From the NCBI GenBank assembly GCA_964057225.1, contig OZ059899.1, positions 744,001-808,000 of the forward strand: DNA of 64,000 nucleotides. The letters run 5' to 3'. This document shows positions 30,401 through 45,406 of this stretch, in pieces. A program made the translations under genes and the position numbers. Every line of letters starts with the position of its first letter. The first letter of the stretch is position 1. The notes under the pieces were generated by a model, which worked only from the letters and a program-made list of their open reading frames with translations, ran no database searches and was not told the origin of the DNA. The stretch comes from Auanema rhodensis. Taxonomy: Eukaryota; Animalia; Nematoda.

Positions 30401-33400
30401 CACATCACGTGTACATTTAATTAGCATAAATTAAAGTTCACGTAAATTTCAAAGTCATGGTTACCATGAACCAATATCAATAAAAATTTGTTTTTAGACT
30501 AATATGGACATGGGGAATCTAATTTTGAAAACCGCATCTCTTTATCTTTCACGTGAAGCGAGTTACATACCAAGTGCACATCACGTGTACATTTAATTAG
30601 CATAAATTAAAGTTCACGTAAATTTCAAAGTCATGGTTACCATGCACCAATATCAATAAAAATTTGTTTTTAGACTAATATGGACATGGGGAATCTAATT
30701 TTGAAAACCGCATCTCTTTATCTTTCACGTGAAGCGAGTTACATACCAAGTTCACATCACGTGTACATTTAATTAGCATGAATTAAAGTTCACGTAAATT
30801 TCAAAGTCATGGTTACCATGCACCAATATCAATAAAAATTTGTTTTTAGACTAATATGGACATGGGGAATCTAATTTTGAAAACCGCATCTCTTTATCTT
30901 TTACGTGAAGCGAGTTACATACCAAGTGCACATCACGTGTACATTTAATTAGCATAAATTAAAGTTCACGTAAATTTCAAAGTCATGGTTACCATGAACC
31001 AATATCAATAAAAATTTGTTTTTAGACTAATATGGACATGGGGAATCTTATTTTGAAAACCGCATCTCTTTATCTTTCACGTGAAGCGAGTTACATACCA
31101 AGTGCACATCACGTGTACATTTAATTAGCATAAATTAAAGTTCACGTAAATTTCAAAGTCATGGTTACCATGCACGAATATCAATAAAAATTTGTTTTTA
31201 GCCTAATATGGACATGGGGAATCTAATTTTGAAAACCGCATCTCTTTATCTTTCACGTGAAGCGAGTTACATACCAAGTGCACATCACGTGTACATTTAA
31301 TTAGCATAAATTAAAGCTCACGTAAATTTCAAAGTCATGGTTACCATGAACCAATATCAATAAAAATTTGTTTTTAGACTAATATGGACATGGGGAATCT
31401 AATTTTGAAAACCGCATCTCTTTATCTTTCACGTGAGGCGAGTTACATACCAAGTGCACATCACGTGTACATTTAATTAGCATAAATTAAAGTTCACGTA
31501 AATTTCAAAGTCATGGTTACCATGAACCAATATCAATAAAAATTTGTTTTTAGACTAATATGGACATGGGGAATCTAATTTTGAAAACCGCATCTCTTTA
31601 TCTTTCACGTGAAGCGAGTTACATACCAAGTGCACATCACGTGTACATTTAATTAGCATAAATTAAAGTTCACGTAAATTTCAAAGTCATGGTTACCATG
31701 CACGAATATCAATAAAAATTTGTTTTTAGCCTAATATGGACATGGGGAATCTAATTTTGAAAACCGCATCTCTTTATCTTTCACGTGAAGCGAGTTACAT
31801 ACCAAGTGCACATCACGTGTACATTTAATTAGCATAAATTAAAGTTCACGTAAATTTCAAAGTCATGGTTACCATGAATCAATATCAATAAAAATTTGTT
31901 CTTAGACTAATATGGACATGAGGAATCTAATTTTGAAAACCGCATCTCTTTATCTTTCACGTGAAGCGAGTTACATACCAAGTGCACATCACGTGTACAT
32001 TTAATTAGCATAACTTAAAGTTCACGTAAATTTCAAAGTCATGGGTACCATGAACCAATATCAATAAAAATTTGTTTTTAGACTAATATGGACATGGGGA
32101 ATCTAATTTTGAAAACCGCATCTTTTTATCTTTCACGTGAAGCGAGTTACATACCAAGTGCACATCACGTGTACATTTAATTAGCATAAATTAAAGCTCA
32201 CGTAAATTTCAAAGTCATGGTTACCATGCACGAATATCAATAAAAATTTGTTTTTAGACTAATATGGACATGGGGAATCTAATTTTGAAAACCGCATCTC
32301 TTTATCTTTCACGTGAGGCGAGTTACATACCAAATGCACATCACGTGTACATTTAATTAGCATAAATTAAAATTCACGTAAATTTCAAAGTCATGGTTAC
32401 CATGCACCAATATCAATAAAAAATTGTTTCTAGACTAATATGGACATGGGGAATCTAATTTTGAAAACCGCATCTCTTTATCTTTCACGTGAAGCGAGTT
32501 ACATACCAAGTGCACATCACATGTACATTTAATTAGCATAAATTAAAGTTCACGTAAATTTCAAAGTCATGGTTACCATGCACCAATATCAATAAAAATT
32601 TGTTTTTAGACTAATATGGACATGGGGAATCTAATTTTGAAAACCGCATCTCTTTATCTTTCACGTGAAACGAGTTACATACCAAGTGCACATCACGTGT
32701 ACATTTAATTAGAATAAATTAAAGTTCACGTAAATTTCAAAGTCATGGTTACCATGCACCAATATCAATAAAAATTTGTTTTTAGACTAATATGGACATG
32801 GGGAATCTAATTTTGAAAACCGCATCTCTTTATCTCTCACGTGAAGCGAGTTACATACCAAGTGCACATCACGTGTACATTTAATTAGCATAAATTAAAG
32901 TTCACGTAAATTTCAAAGTCATGGTTACCATGCACCAATATCAATAAAAATTTGTTTTCAGACTAATATGGACATGGGGAATCTAATTTTGAAAACCGCA
33001 TCTCTTTATCTTTCACGTGAAGCGAGTTACATACCATGTGCACATCACGTGTACATTTAATTAGCATGAATTAAAGTTCACGTAAATTTCAAAGTCATGG
33101 TTACCATGAACCAATATCAATAAAAATTTGTTTTTAGACTAATATGGACATGGGGAATCTAATTTTGAAAACCGCATCTCTTTATCTCTCACGTGAAGCG
33201 AGTTACATACCAAGTGCACATCACGTGTACATTTAATTAGCATAAATTAAAGTTCACGTAAATTTCAAAGTCATGGTTACCATGCACCAATATCAATAAA
33301 AATTTGTTTTCAGACTAATATGGACATGGGGAATCTAATTTTGAAAACCGCATCTCTTTATCTTTCACGTGAAGCGAGTTACATACCATGTGCACATCAC

Positions 33401-36400
33401 GTGTACATTTAATTAGCATGAATTAAAGTTCACGTAAATTTCAAAGTCATGGTTACCATGAACCAATATCAATAAAAATTTGTTTTTAGACTATTATGGA
33501 CATGGGGAATCTAATTTTGAGAACCGCATCTCTTTATCTTTCACGTGAAGCGAGTTACATACCATGTGCACATTACGTGTACATTAAATTAGCATAAATT
33601 AAAGTTCACGTAAATTTCAAAGTCATGGTTACCATGAATCAATATCAATAACAATTTGTTCTTAGACTAATATGGACATGAGGAATCTAATTTTGAAAAC
33701 CGCATCTTTTTATCTTTAACGTGAAGCGAGTTACATACCAAGTGCACATCACGTGTACATTTAATTAGCATAAATTAAAGTTCACGTAAATTTCAAAGTC
33801 ATGGTTACCATGAACCAATATCAATAAAAATTTGTTTTTAGACTAATATGGACATGGGGAATCTAATTTTGAAAACCGCATCTCTTTATCTTTCACGTGA
33901 AGCGAGTTACATACCAAGTGCACATCACGTGTACATTTAATTAGCATAAATTAAAGTTCACGTAAATTTCAAAGTCATGGTTACCATGAATCAATATCAA
34001 TAAAAATTTGTTCTTAGACTAATATGGACATGAGGAATCTAATTTTGAAAACCGCATCTTTTTATCTTTAACGTGAAGCGAGTTACATACCAAGTGCACA
34101 TCACGTGTACATTTAATTAGCATAAATTAAAGTTCACGTAAATTTCAAAGTCATGGTTACCATGAACCAATATCAATAAAAATTTGTTTTTAGACTAATA
34201 TGGACATGGGGAATCTAATTTTGAAAACCGCATCTCTTTATCTTTCACGTGAAGCGAGTTACATACCAAGTGCACATCACGTGTACATTTAATTAGCATA
34301 AATTAAAGCTCACGTAAATTTCAAAGTCATGGTTACCATGAACCAATATCAATAAAAATTTGTTTTCAGACTAATATGGACATGGGGAATCTAATTTTGA
34401 AAACCGCATCTTTTTATCTTTCACGTGAAGCGAGTTACATACCAAGTGCGCATCACGTGTACATTTAATTAGCATAAATTAAAGCTCACGTAAATTTCAA
34501 AGTCATGGTTACCATGCACGAATATCAATAAAAATTTGTTTTTAGACTAATATGGACATGGGGAATCTAATTTTGAAAACCGCATCTCTTTATCTTTCAC
34601 GTGAGGCGAGTTACATACCAAATGCACATCACGTGTACATTTAATTAGCATAAATTAAAGTTCACGTAAATTTCAAAGTCATGGTTACCATGCACCAATA
34701 TCAATAAAAAATTGTTTCTAGACTAATATGGACATGGGGAATCTAATTTTGGAAACCGCATCTCTTTATCTTTCACGTGAAGCGAGTTACATACCAAGTG
34801 CACATCACATGTACATTTAATTAGCATAAATTAAAGTTCACGTAAATTTCAAAGTCATGGTTACCATGCACCAATATCAATAAAAATTTGTTTTTAGACT
34901 AATATGGACATGGGGAATCTAATTTTGAAAACCGCATCTCTTTATCTTTCACGTGAAGCGAGTTACATACCAAGTGCACATCACGTGTACATTTAATTAG
35001 AATAAATTAAAGTTCACGTAAATTTCAAAGTCATGGTTACCATGCACCAATATCAATAAAAATTTGTTTTTAGACTAATATGGACATGGGGAATCTAATT
35101 TTGAAAACCGCATCTCTTTATCTCTCACGTGAAGCGAGTTACATACCAAGTGCACATCACGTGTACATTTAATTAGCATAAATTAAAGTTCACGTAAATT
35201 TCAAAGTCATGGTTACCATGCACCAATATCAATAAAAATTTGTTTTCAGACTAATATGGACATGGGGAATCTAATTTTGAAAACCGCATCTCTTTATCTT
35301 TCACGTGAAGCGAGTTACATACCATGTGCACATCACGTGTACATTTAATTAGCATGAATTAAAGTTCACGTAAATTTCAAAGTCATGGTTACCATGAACC
35401 AATATCAATAAAAATTTGTTTTTAGACTATTATGGACATGGGGAATCTAATTTTGAGAACCGCATCTCTTTATCTTTCACGTGAAGCGAGTTACATACCA
35501 TGTGCACATTACGTGTACATTAAATTAGCATAAATTAAAGTTCACGTAAATTTCAAAGTCATGGTTACCATGCACCAATATCAATAAAAATTTGTTTTTA
35601 GACTAATATGGACATGGGAAATTTAATTTTGAAAACCGCATCTCTTTATCTTTCACGTGAAGCGAGTTACATACCATGTGCACATCACGTGTACATTTAA
35701 TTAGCATGAATTAAAGTTCACGTAAATTTCAAAGTCATGGTTACCATGAACCAATATCAATAAAAATTTGTTTTTAGACTAATATGGACATGGGGAATCT
35801 AATTTTGAAAACCGCATCTTTTTATCTTTCACGTGAAGCGAGTTACATACCAAGTGCACATCACGTGTACATTTAATTAGCATAAATTAAAGTTCACGTA
35901 AATTTCAAAGTCATGGTTACCATGAACCAATATCAATAAAAATTTGTTTTTAGACTAATATGGACATGAAGAATCTAATTTCGAAAACCGCATCTCTTTA
36001 TCTTTCACGTGAAGCGAGTTACATACCATGTGCACATCACGTGTACATTTAATTAGCATGAATTAAAGTTCACGTAAATTTCAAAGTCATGGTTACCATG
36101 AACCAATATCAATAAAAATTTGTTTTTAGACTAATATGGACATGGGGAATCTAATTTTGAAAACCGCATCTCTTTATCTTTCACGTGAAGCGAGTTGCAT
36201 ACCAAGTGCACATCACGTGTACATTTAATTAGCATAAATTAAAGTTCACGTAAATTTCAAAGTCATGGTTACCATGAACCAATATCAATAAAAATTTGTT
36301 TTTAGACTAATATGGACATGGGGAATCTAATTTTGAAAACCGCATCTCTTTATCTTTTACGTGAAGCGAGTTACATACCATGTGCACATCACGTGTACAT

Positions 36401-39400
36401 TTAATTAGCATGAATTAAAGTTCACGTAAATTTCAAAGTCATGGTTACCATGAACCAATATCAATAAAAATTTGTTTTTAGACTAATATGGACATGGGGA
36501 ATCTAATTTTGAAAACCGCATCTCTTTATCTTTCACGTGAAGCGAGTTACATACCATGTGCACATCACGTGTACATTTAATTAGCATGAATTAAAGTTCA
36601 CGTAAATTTCAAAGTCATGGTTACCATGAACCAATATCAATAAAAATTTGTTTTCAGACTAATATGGACATGGGGAATCTAATTTTGAAAACCGCATCTC
36701 TTTATCTTTCACGTGAAGCGAGTTACATACCAAGTGCACATCACGTGTACATTTAATTAGCATAAATTAAAGCTCACGTAAATTTCAAAGTCATGGTTAC
36801 CATGAATCAATATCAATAAAAATTTGTTCTTAGACTAATATGGACATGAGGAATCTAATTTTGAAAACCGCATCTTTTTATCTTTAACGTGAAGCGAGTT
36901 ACATACCAAGTGCACATCACGTGTACATTTAATTAGCATAAATTAAAGTTCACGTAAATTTCAAAGTCATGGTTACCATGAACCAATATCAATAAAAATT
37001 TGTTTTTAGACTAATATGGACATGGGGAATCTAATTTTGAAAACCGCATCTCTTTATCTTTCACGTGAAGCGAGTTACATACCAAGTGCACATCACGTGT
37101 ACATTTAATTAGCATAAATTAAAGTTCACGTAAATTTCAAAGTCATGGTTACCATGAATCAATATCAATAAAAATTTGTTCTTAGACTAATATGGACATG
37201 AGGAATCTAATTTTGAAAACCGCATCTTTTTATCTTTAACGTGAAGCGAGTTACATACCAAGTGCACATCACGTGTACATTTAATTAGCATAAATTAAAG
37301 TTCACGTAAATTTCAAAGTCATGGTTACCATGAACCAATATCAATAAAAATTTGTTTTTAGACTAATATGGACATGGGGAATCTAATTTTGAAAACCGCA
37401 TCTCTTTATCTTTCACGTGAAGCGAGTTACATACCATGTGCACATCACGTGTACATTTAATTAGCATGAATTAAAGTTCACGTAAATTTCAAAGTCATGG
37501 TTACCATGAACCAATATCAATAAAAATTTGTTTTTAGACTAATATGGACATGGGGAATCTAATTTTGAAAACCGCATCTCTTTATCTTTCACGTGAAGCG
37601 AGTTGCATACCAAGTGCACATCACGTGTACATTTAATTAGCATAAATTAAAGTTCACGTAAATTTCAAAGTCATGGTTACCATGAACCAATATCAATAAA
37701 AATTTGTTTTTAGACTAATATGGACATGGGGAATCTAATTTTGAAAACCGCATCTCTTTATCTTTTACGTGAAGCGAGTTACATACCATGTGCACATCAC
37801 GTGTACATTTAATTAGCATGAATTAAAGTTCACGTAAATTTCAAAGTCATGGTTACCATGAACCAATATCAATAAAAATTTGTTTTTAGACTAATATGGA
37901 CATGGGGAATCTAATTTTGAAAACCGCATCTCTTTATCTTTCACGTGAAGCGAGTTACATACCATGTGCACATCACGTGTACATTTAATTAGCATGAAAT
38001 AAGTTCACGTAAATTTCAAAGTCATGGTTACCATGAACCAATATCAATAAAAATTTGTTTTCAGACTAATATGGACATGGGGAATCTAATTTTGAAAACC
38101 GCATCTCTTTATCTTTCACGTGAAGCGAGTTACATACCAAGTGCACATCACGTGTACATTTAATTAGCATAAATTAAAGCTCACGTAAATTTCAAAGTCA
38201 TGGTTACCATGAATCAATATCAATAAAAATTTGTTCTTAGACTAATATGGACATGAGGAATCTAATTTTGAAAACCGCATCTTTTTATCTTTAACGTGAA
38301 GCGAGTTACATACCAAGTGCACATCACGTGTACATTTAATTAGCATAAATTAAAGTTCACGTAAATTTCAAAGTCATGGTTACCATGAACCAATATCAAT
38401 AAAAATTTGTTTTTAGACTAATATGGACATGGGGAATCTAATTTTGAAAACCGCATCTCTTTATCTTTCACGTGAAGCGAGTTACATACCAAGTGCACAT
38501 CACGTGTACATTTAATTAGCATAAATTAAAGTTCACGTAAATTTCAAAGTCATGGTTACCATGAATCAATATCAATAAAAATTTGTTCTTAGACTAATAT
38601 GGACATGAGGAATCTAATTTTGAAAACCGCATCTTTTTATCTTTAACGTGAAGCGAGTTACATACCAAGTGCACATCACGTGTACATTTAATTAGCATAA
38701 ATTAAAGTTCACGTAAATTTCAAAGTCATGGTTACCATGAACCAATATCAATAAAAATTTGTTTTTAGACTAATATGGACATGGGGAATCTAATTTTGAA
38801 AACCGCATCTCTTTATCTTTCACGTGAAGCGAGTTACATACCATGTGCACATCACGTGTACATTTAATTAGCATGAATTAAAGTTCACGTAAATTTCAAA
38901 GTCATGGTTACCATGAACCAATATCAATGAAAATTTGTTTTTAGACTAATATGGACATGGGGAATCTAATTTTGAAAACCGCATCTCTTTATCTTTCACG
39001 TGAAGCGAGTTACATACCAAGTGCACATCACGTGTACATTTAATTAGCATAAATTAAAGTTCACGTAAATTTCAAAGTCATGGTTACCATGCACCAATAT
39101 CAATAAAAATTTGTTTTTAGACTAATATGGACATGGGGAATCTAATTTTGAAAACCGCATCTCTTTATCTTTTACGTGAAGCGAGTTACAGACCAAGTGC
39201 ACATCACGTGTACATTTAATTAGCATAAATTAAAGTTCACGTAAATTTCAAAGTCATGGTTACCATGCACCAATATCAATAAAAATTTGTTTTTAGACTA
39301 ATATGGACATGGGGAATCTAATTTTGAAAACCGCATCTCTTTATCTCTCACGTGAAGCGAGTTACATACCAAGTGCACATCACGTGTACATTTAATTAGC

Positions 39401-42300
39401 ATAAATTAAAGTTCACGTAAATTTCAAAGTCATGGTTACCATGAACCAATATCAATAAAAATTTGTTTTTAGACTAATATGGACATGGGGAATCTAATTT
39501 TGAAAACCGCATCTCTTTATCTTTCACGTGAAGCGAGTTACATACCAAGTGCACATCACGTGTACATTTAATTAGCATAAATTAAAGTTCACGTAAATTT
39601 CAAAGTCATGGTTACCATGAACCAATATCAATAAAAATTTGTTTTTAGACTAATATGGACATGGGGAATCTAACTTTGAAAACCGCATCTTTTTATCTTT
39701 AACGTGAAGCGAGTTACATACCAAGTGCACATCACGTGTACATTTAATTAGCATAAATTAAAGTTCACGTAAATTTCAAAGTCATGGTTACCATGAACCA
39801 ATATCAATAAAAATTTGTTTTTAGACTAATATGGACATGGGGAATCTAATTTTGAAAACCGCATCTCTTTATCTTTCACGTGAAGCGAGTTACATACCAA
39901 GTGCACATCACGTGTACATTTAATTAGCATAAATTAAAGTTCACGTAAATTTCAAAGTCATGGTTACCATGCACCAATTTCAATAAAAATTTGTTTTTAG
40001 ACTAATATGGACATGGGGAATCTAATTTTGAAAACCGCATCTCTTTATCTTTAACGTGAAGCGAGTTACATACCAAGTGCACATCACGTGTACATTTAAT
40101 TAGCATAAATTAAAGTTCACGTAAATTTCAAAGTCATGGTTACCATGAACCAATATCAATAAAAATTTGTTTTCAGACTAATATGGACATGGGGAATCTA
40201 ATTTTGAAAACCGCATCTCTTTATCTTTCACGTGAAGCGAGTTACATACCATGTGCACATCACGTGTACATTTAATTAGCATGAATTAAAGTTCACGTAA
40301 ATTTCAAAGTCATGGTTACCATGAACCAATATCAATAAAAATTTGTTTTTAGACTAATATGGACATGGGTAATCTAATTTTGAAAACCGCATCTCTTTAT
40401 CTTTCACGTGAAGCGAGTTACATACCAAGTTCACATCACGTGTACATTTAATTAGCATAAATTAAAGTTCACGTAAATTTCAAAGTCATGGTTACCATGC
40501 ACCAATATCAATAAAAATTTGTTTTTAAACTAATATGGACATGGGGAATCTAATTTTGAAAACCGCATCTCTTTATCTTTCACGTGAAGCGAGTTACATA
40601 CCAAGTGCACATCACGTGTACATTTAATTAGCATAAATTAAAGTTCACGTAAATTTCAAAGTCATGGTTACCATGCACCAATATCAATAAAAATTTGTTT
40701 TCAGACTAATATGGACATGGGGAATCTAATTTTGAAAACCGCATCTCTTTATCTTTCACGTGAAGCGAGTTACATACCATGTGCACATCACGTGTACATT
40801 TAATTAGCATGAATTAAAGTTCACGTAAATTTCAAAGTCATGGTTACCATGAACCAATATCAATAAAAATTTGTTTTTAGACTAATATGGACATGGGTAA
40901 TCTAATTTTGAAAACCGCATCTCTTTATCTTTCACGTGAAGCGAGTTACATACCAAGTTCACATCACGTGTACATTTAATTAGCATAAATTAAAGTTCAC
41001 GTAAATTTCAAAGTCATGGTTACCATGCACCAATATCAATAAAAATTTGTTTTTAAACTAATATGGACATGGGGAATCTGATTTTGAAAACCGCATCTCT
41101 TTATCTTTTACGTGAAGCGAGTTACATACCAAGTGCACATCACGTGTACATTTAATTAGCATAATTTAAAGTTCACGTAAATTTCAAAGTCATGGTTACC
41201 ATGCACCAATATCAATAAAAATTTGTTTTTAGACTAATATGGACATGGGGAATCTAATTTTGAAAACCGCATCTCTTTATCTTTCACGTGAAGCGAGTTA
41301 CATACCAAGTGCACATCACGTGTACATTTAATTAGCATAAATTAAAGTTCACGTAAATTTCAAAGTCATGGTTACCATGAACCAATATCAATAAAAATTT
41401 GTTTTTAGACTAATATGGACATGGGGAATCTAATTTTGAAAACCGCATCTCTTTATCTTTCACGTGAAGCGAGTTACATACCAAGTGCACATCACGTGTA
41501 CATTTAATTAGCATAAATTAAAGTTCACGTAAATTTCAAAGTCATGGTTACCATGCACCAATATCAATAAAAATTTGTTTTTAGACTAATATGGACATGG
41601 GGAATCTAATTTTGAAAACCGCATCTCTTTATCTTTTACGTGAAGCGAGTTACAGACCAAGTGCACATCACGTGTACATTTAATTAGCATAAATTAAAGT
41701 TCACGTAAATTTCAAAGTCATGGTTACCATGCACCAATATCAATAAAAATTTGTTTTTAGACTAATATGGACATGGGGAATCTAATTTTGAAAACCGCAT
41801 CTCTTTATCTCTCACGTGAAGCGAGTTACATACCAAGTGCACATCACGTGTACATTTAATTAGCATAAATTAAAGTTCACGTAAATTTCAAAGTCATGGT
41901 TACCATGAACCAATATCAATAAAAATTTGTTTTTAGACTAATATGGACATGGGGAATCTAATTTTGAAAACCGCATCTCTTTATCTTTCACGTGAAGCGA
42001 GTTACATACCAAGTGCACATCACGTGTACATTTAATTAGCATAAATTAAAGTTCACGTAAATTTCAAAGTCATGGTTACCATGCACCAATATCAATAAAA
42101 ATTTGTTTTTAGACTAATATGGACATGGGGAATCTAATTTTGAAAACCGCATCTCTTTATCTTTCACGTGAAGCGAGTTACATACCAAGTTCACATCACG
42201 TGTACATTTAATTAGCATGAATTAAAGTTCACGTAAATTTCAAAGTCATGGTTACCATGCACCAATATCAATAAAAATTTGTTTTTAGACTAATATGGAC
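18832..42300 (+). repeat. About 70-monomer (~12.3-kb) tandem block duplication with whole-monomer gains and losses
   Basis: Marker offsets: 20047/32367 (70 monomers), 20977/33649 (72), 23467/35963 (71), GGTAATC 28401/40368 (68 monomers minus 1 bp). The right end is approximate. Confidence 0.85.
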
Positions 42301-45300
42301 ATGGGGAATCTAATTTTGAAAACCGCATCTCTTTATCTTTCACGTGAAGCGAGTTACATACCAAGTGCACATCACATGTACATTTAATTAGCATAAATTA
42401 AAGTTCACGTAAATTTCAAAGTCATGGTTACCATGCACCAATATCAATAAAAATTTGTTTTTAGACTAATATGGACATGGGGAATCTAATTTTGAAAACC
42501 GCATCTTTTTATCTTTAACGTGAAGCGAGTTACATACCAAGTGCACATCACGTGTACATTTAATTAGCATAAATTAAAGTTCACGTAAATTTCAAAGTCA
42601 TGGTTACCATGAACCAATATCAATAAAAATTTGTTTTTAGACTAATATGGACATGGGGAATCTAATTTTGAAAACCGCATCTCTTTATCTTTCACGTGAA
42701 GCGAGTTACATACCAAGTGCACATCACGTGTACATTTAATTAGCATAAATTAAAGTTCACGTAAATTTCAAAGTCATGGTTACCATGAACCAATATCAAT
42801 AAAAATTTGTTTTTAGACTAATATGGACATGGGGAATCTAATTTTGAAAACCGCATCTTTTTATCTTTAACGTGAAGCGAGTTACATACCAAGTGCACAT
42901 CACGTGTACATTTAATTAGCATAAATTAAAGTTCACGTAAATTTCAAAGTCATGGTTACCATGAACCAATATCAATAAAAATTTGTTTTTAGACTAATAT
43001 GGACATGGGGAATCTAATTTTGAAAACCGCATCTCTTTATCTCTCACGTGAAGCGAGTTACATACCAAGTGCACATCACGTGTACATTTAATTAGCATAA
43101 ATTAAAGTTCACGTAAATTTCAAAGTCATGGTTACCATGAACCAATATCAATAAAAATTTGTTTTTAGACTAATATGGACATGGGGAATCTAATTTTGAA
43201 AACCGCATCTCTTTATCTTTCACGTGAAGCGAGTTACATACCAAGTGCACATCACGTGTACATTTAATTAGCATAAATTAAAGTTCACGTAAATTTCAAA
43301 GTCATGGTTACCATGCACCAATATCAATAAAAATTTGTTTTTAGACTAATATGGACATGGGGAATCTAATTTTGAAAACCGCATCTCTTTATCTTTTACG
43401 TGAAGCGAGTTACATACCAAGTGCACATCACGTGTACATTTAATTAGCATAAATTAAAGTTCACGTAAATTTCAAAGTCATGGTTACCATGCACCAATAT
43501 CAATAAAAATTTGTTTTTAGACTAATATGGACATGGGGAATCTAATTTTGAAAACCGCATCTCTTTATCTTTCACGTGAAGCGAGTTACATACCAAGTGC
43601 ACATCACATGTACATTTAATTAGCATAAATTAAAGTTCACGTAAATTTCAAAGTCATGGTTACCATGCACCAATATCAATAAAAATTTGTTTTTAGACTA
43701 ATATGGACATGGGGAATCTAATTTTGAAAACCGCATCTTTTTATCTTTAACGTGAAGCGAGTTACATACCAAGTGCACATCACGTGTACATTTAATTAGC
43801 ATAAATTAAAGTTCACGTAAATTTCAAAGTCATGGTTACCATGAACCAATATCAATAAAAATTTGTTTTTAGACTAATATGGACATGGGGAATCTAATTT
43901 TGAAAACCGCATCTCTTTATCTTTCACGTGAAGCGAGTTACATACCAAGTGCACATCACGTGTACATTTAATTAGCATAAATTAAAGTTCACGTAAATTT
44001 CAAAGTCATGGTTACCATGCACCAATTTCAATAAAAATTTGTTTTTAGACTAATATGGACATGGGGAATCTAATTTTGAAAACCGCATCTCTTTATCTTT
44101 AACGTGAAGCGAGTTACATACCAAGTGCACATCACGTGTACATTTAATTAGCATAAATTAAAGTTCACGTAAATTTCAAAGTCATGGTTACCATGAACCA
44201 ATATCAATAAAAATTTGTTTTCAGACTAATATGGACATGGGGAATCTAATTTTGAAAACCGCATCTCTTTATCTTTCACGTGAAGCGAGTTACATACCAT
44301 GTGCACATCACGTGTACATTTAATTAGCATGAATTAAAGTTCACGTAAATTTCAAAGTCATGGTTACCATGAACCAATATCAATAAAAATTTGTTTTTAG
44401 ACTAATATGGACATGGGTAATCTAATTTTGAAAACCGCATCTCTTTATCTTTCACGTGAAGCGAGTTACATACCAAGTTCACATCACGTGTACATTTAAT
44501 TAGCATAAATTAAAGTTCACGTAAATTTCAAAGTCATGGTTACCATGCACCAATATCAATAAAAATTTGTTTTTAAACTAATATGGACATGGGGAATCTG
44601 ATTTTGAAAACCGCATCTCTTTATCTTTTACGTGAAGCGAGTTACATACCAAGTGCACATCACGTGTACATTTAATTAGCATAATTTAAAGTTCACGTAA
44701 ATTTCAAAGTCATGGTTACCATGCACCAATATCAATAAAAATTTGTTTTTAGACTAATATGGACATGGGGAATCTAATTTTGAAAACCGCATCTCTTTAT
44801 CTTTCACGTGAAGCGAGTTACATACCAAGTGCACATCACGTGTACATTTAATTAGCATAAATTAAAGTTCACGTAAATTTCAAAGTCATGGTTACCATGC
44901 ACCAATATCAATAAAAATTTGTTTTCAGACTAATATGGACATGGGGAATCTAATTTTGAAAACCGCATCTCTTTATCTTTCACGTGAAGCGAGTTACATA
45001 CCATGTGCACATCACGTGTACATTTAATTAGCATGAATTAAAGTTCACGTAAATTTCAAAGTCATGGTTACCATGAACCAATATCAATAAAAATTTGTTT
45101 TTAGACTAATATGGACATGGGGAATCTAATTTTGAAAACCGCATCTCTTTATCTTTCACGTGAAGCGAGTTACATACCAAGTGCACATCACGTGTACATT
45201 TAATTAGCATAAATTAAAGTTCACGTAAATTTCAAAGTCATGGTTACCATGAACCAATATCAATAAAAATTTGTTTTTAGACTAATATGGACATGGGGAA

Positions 45301-45406
45301 TCTAATTGTGAAAACCGCATCTCTTTATCTTTCACGTGAAGCGAGTTACATACCAAGTGCACATCACGTGTACATTTAATTAGCATAAATTAAAGTTCAC
45401 GTAAAT

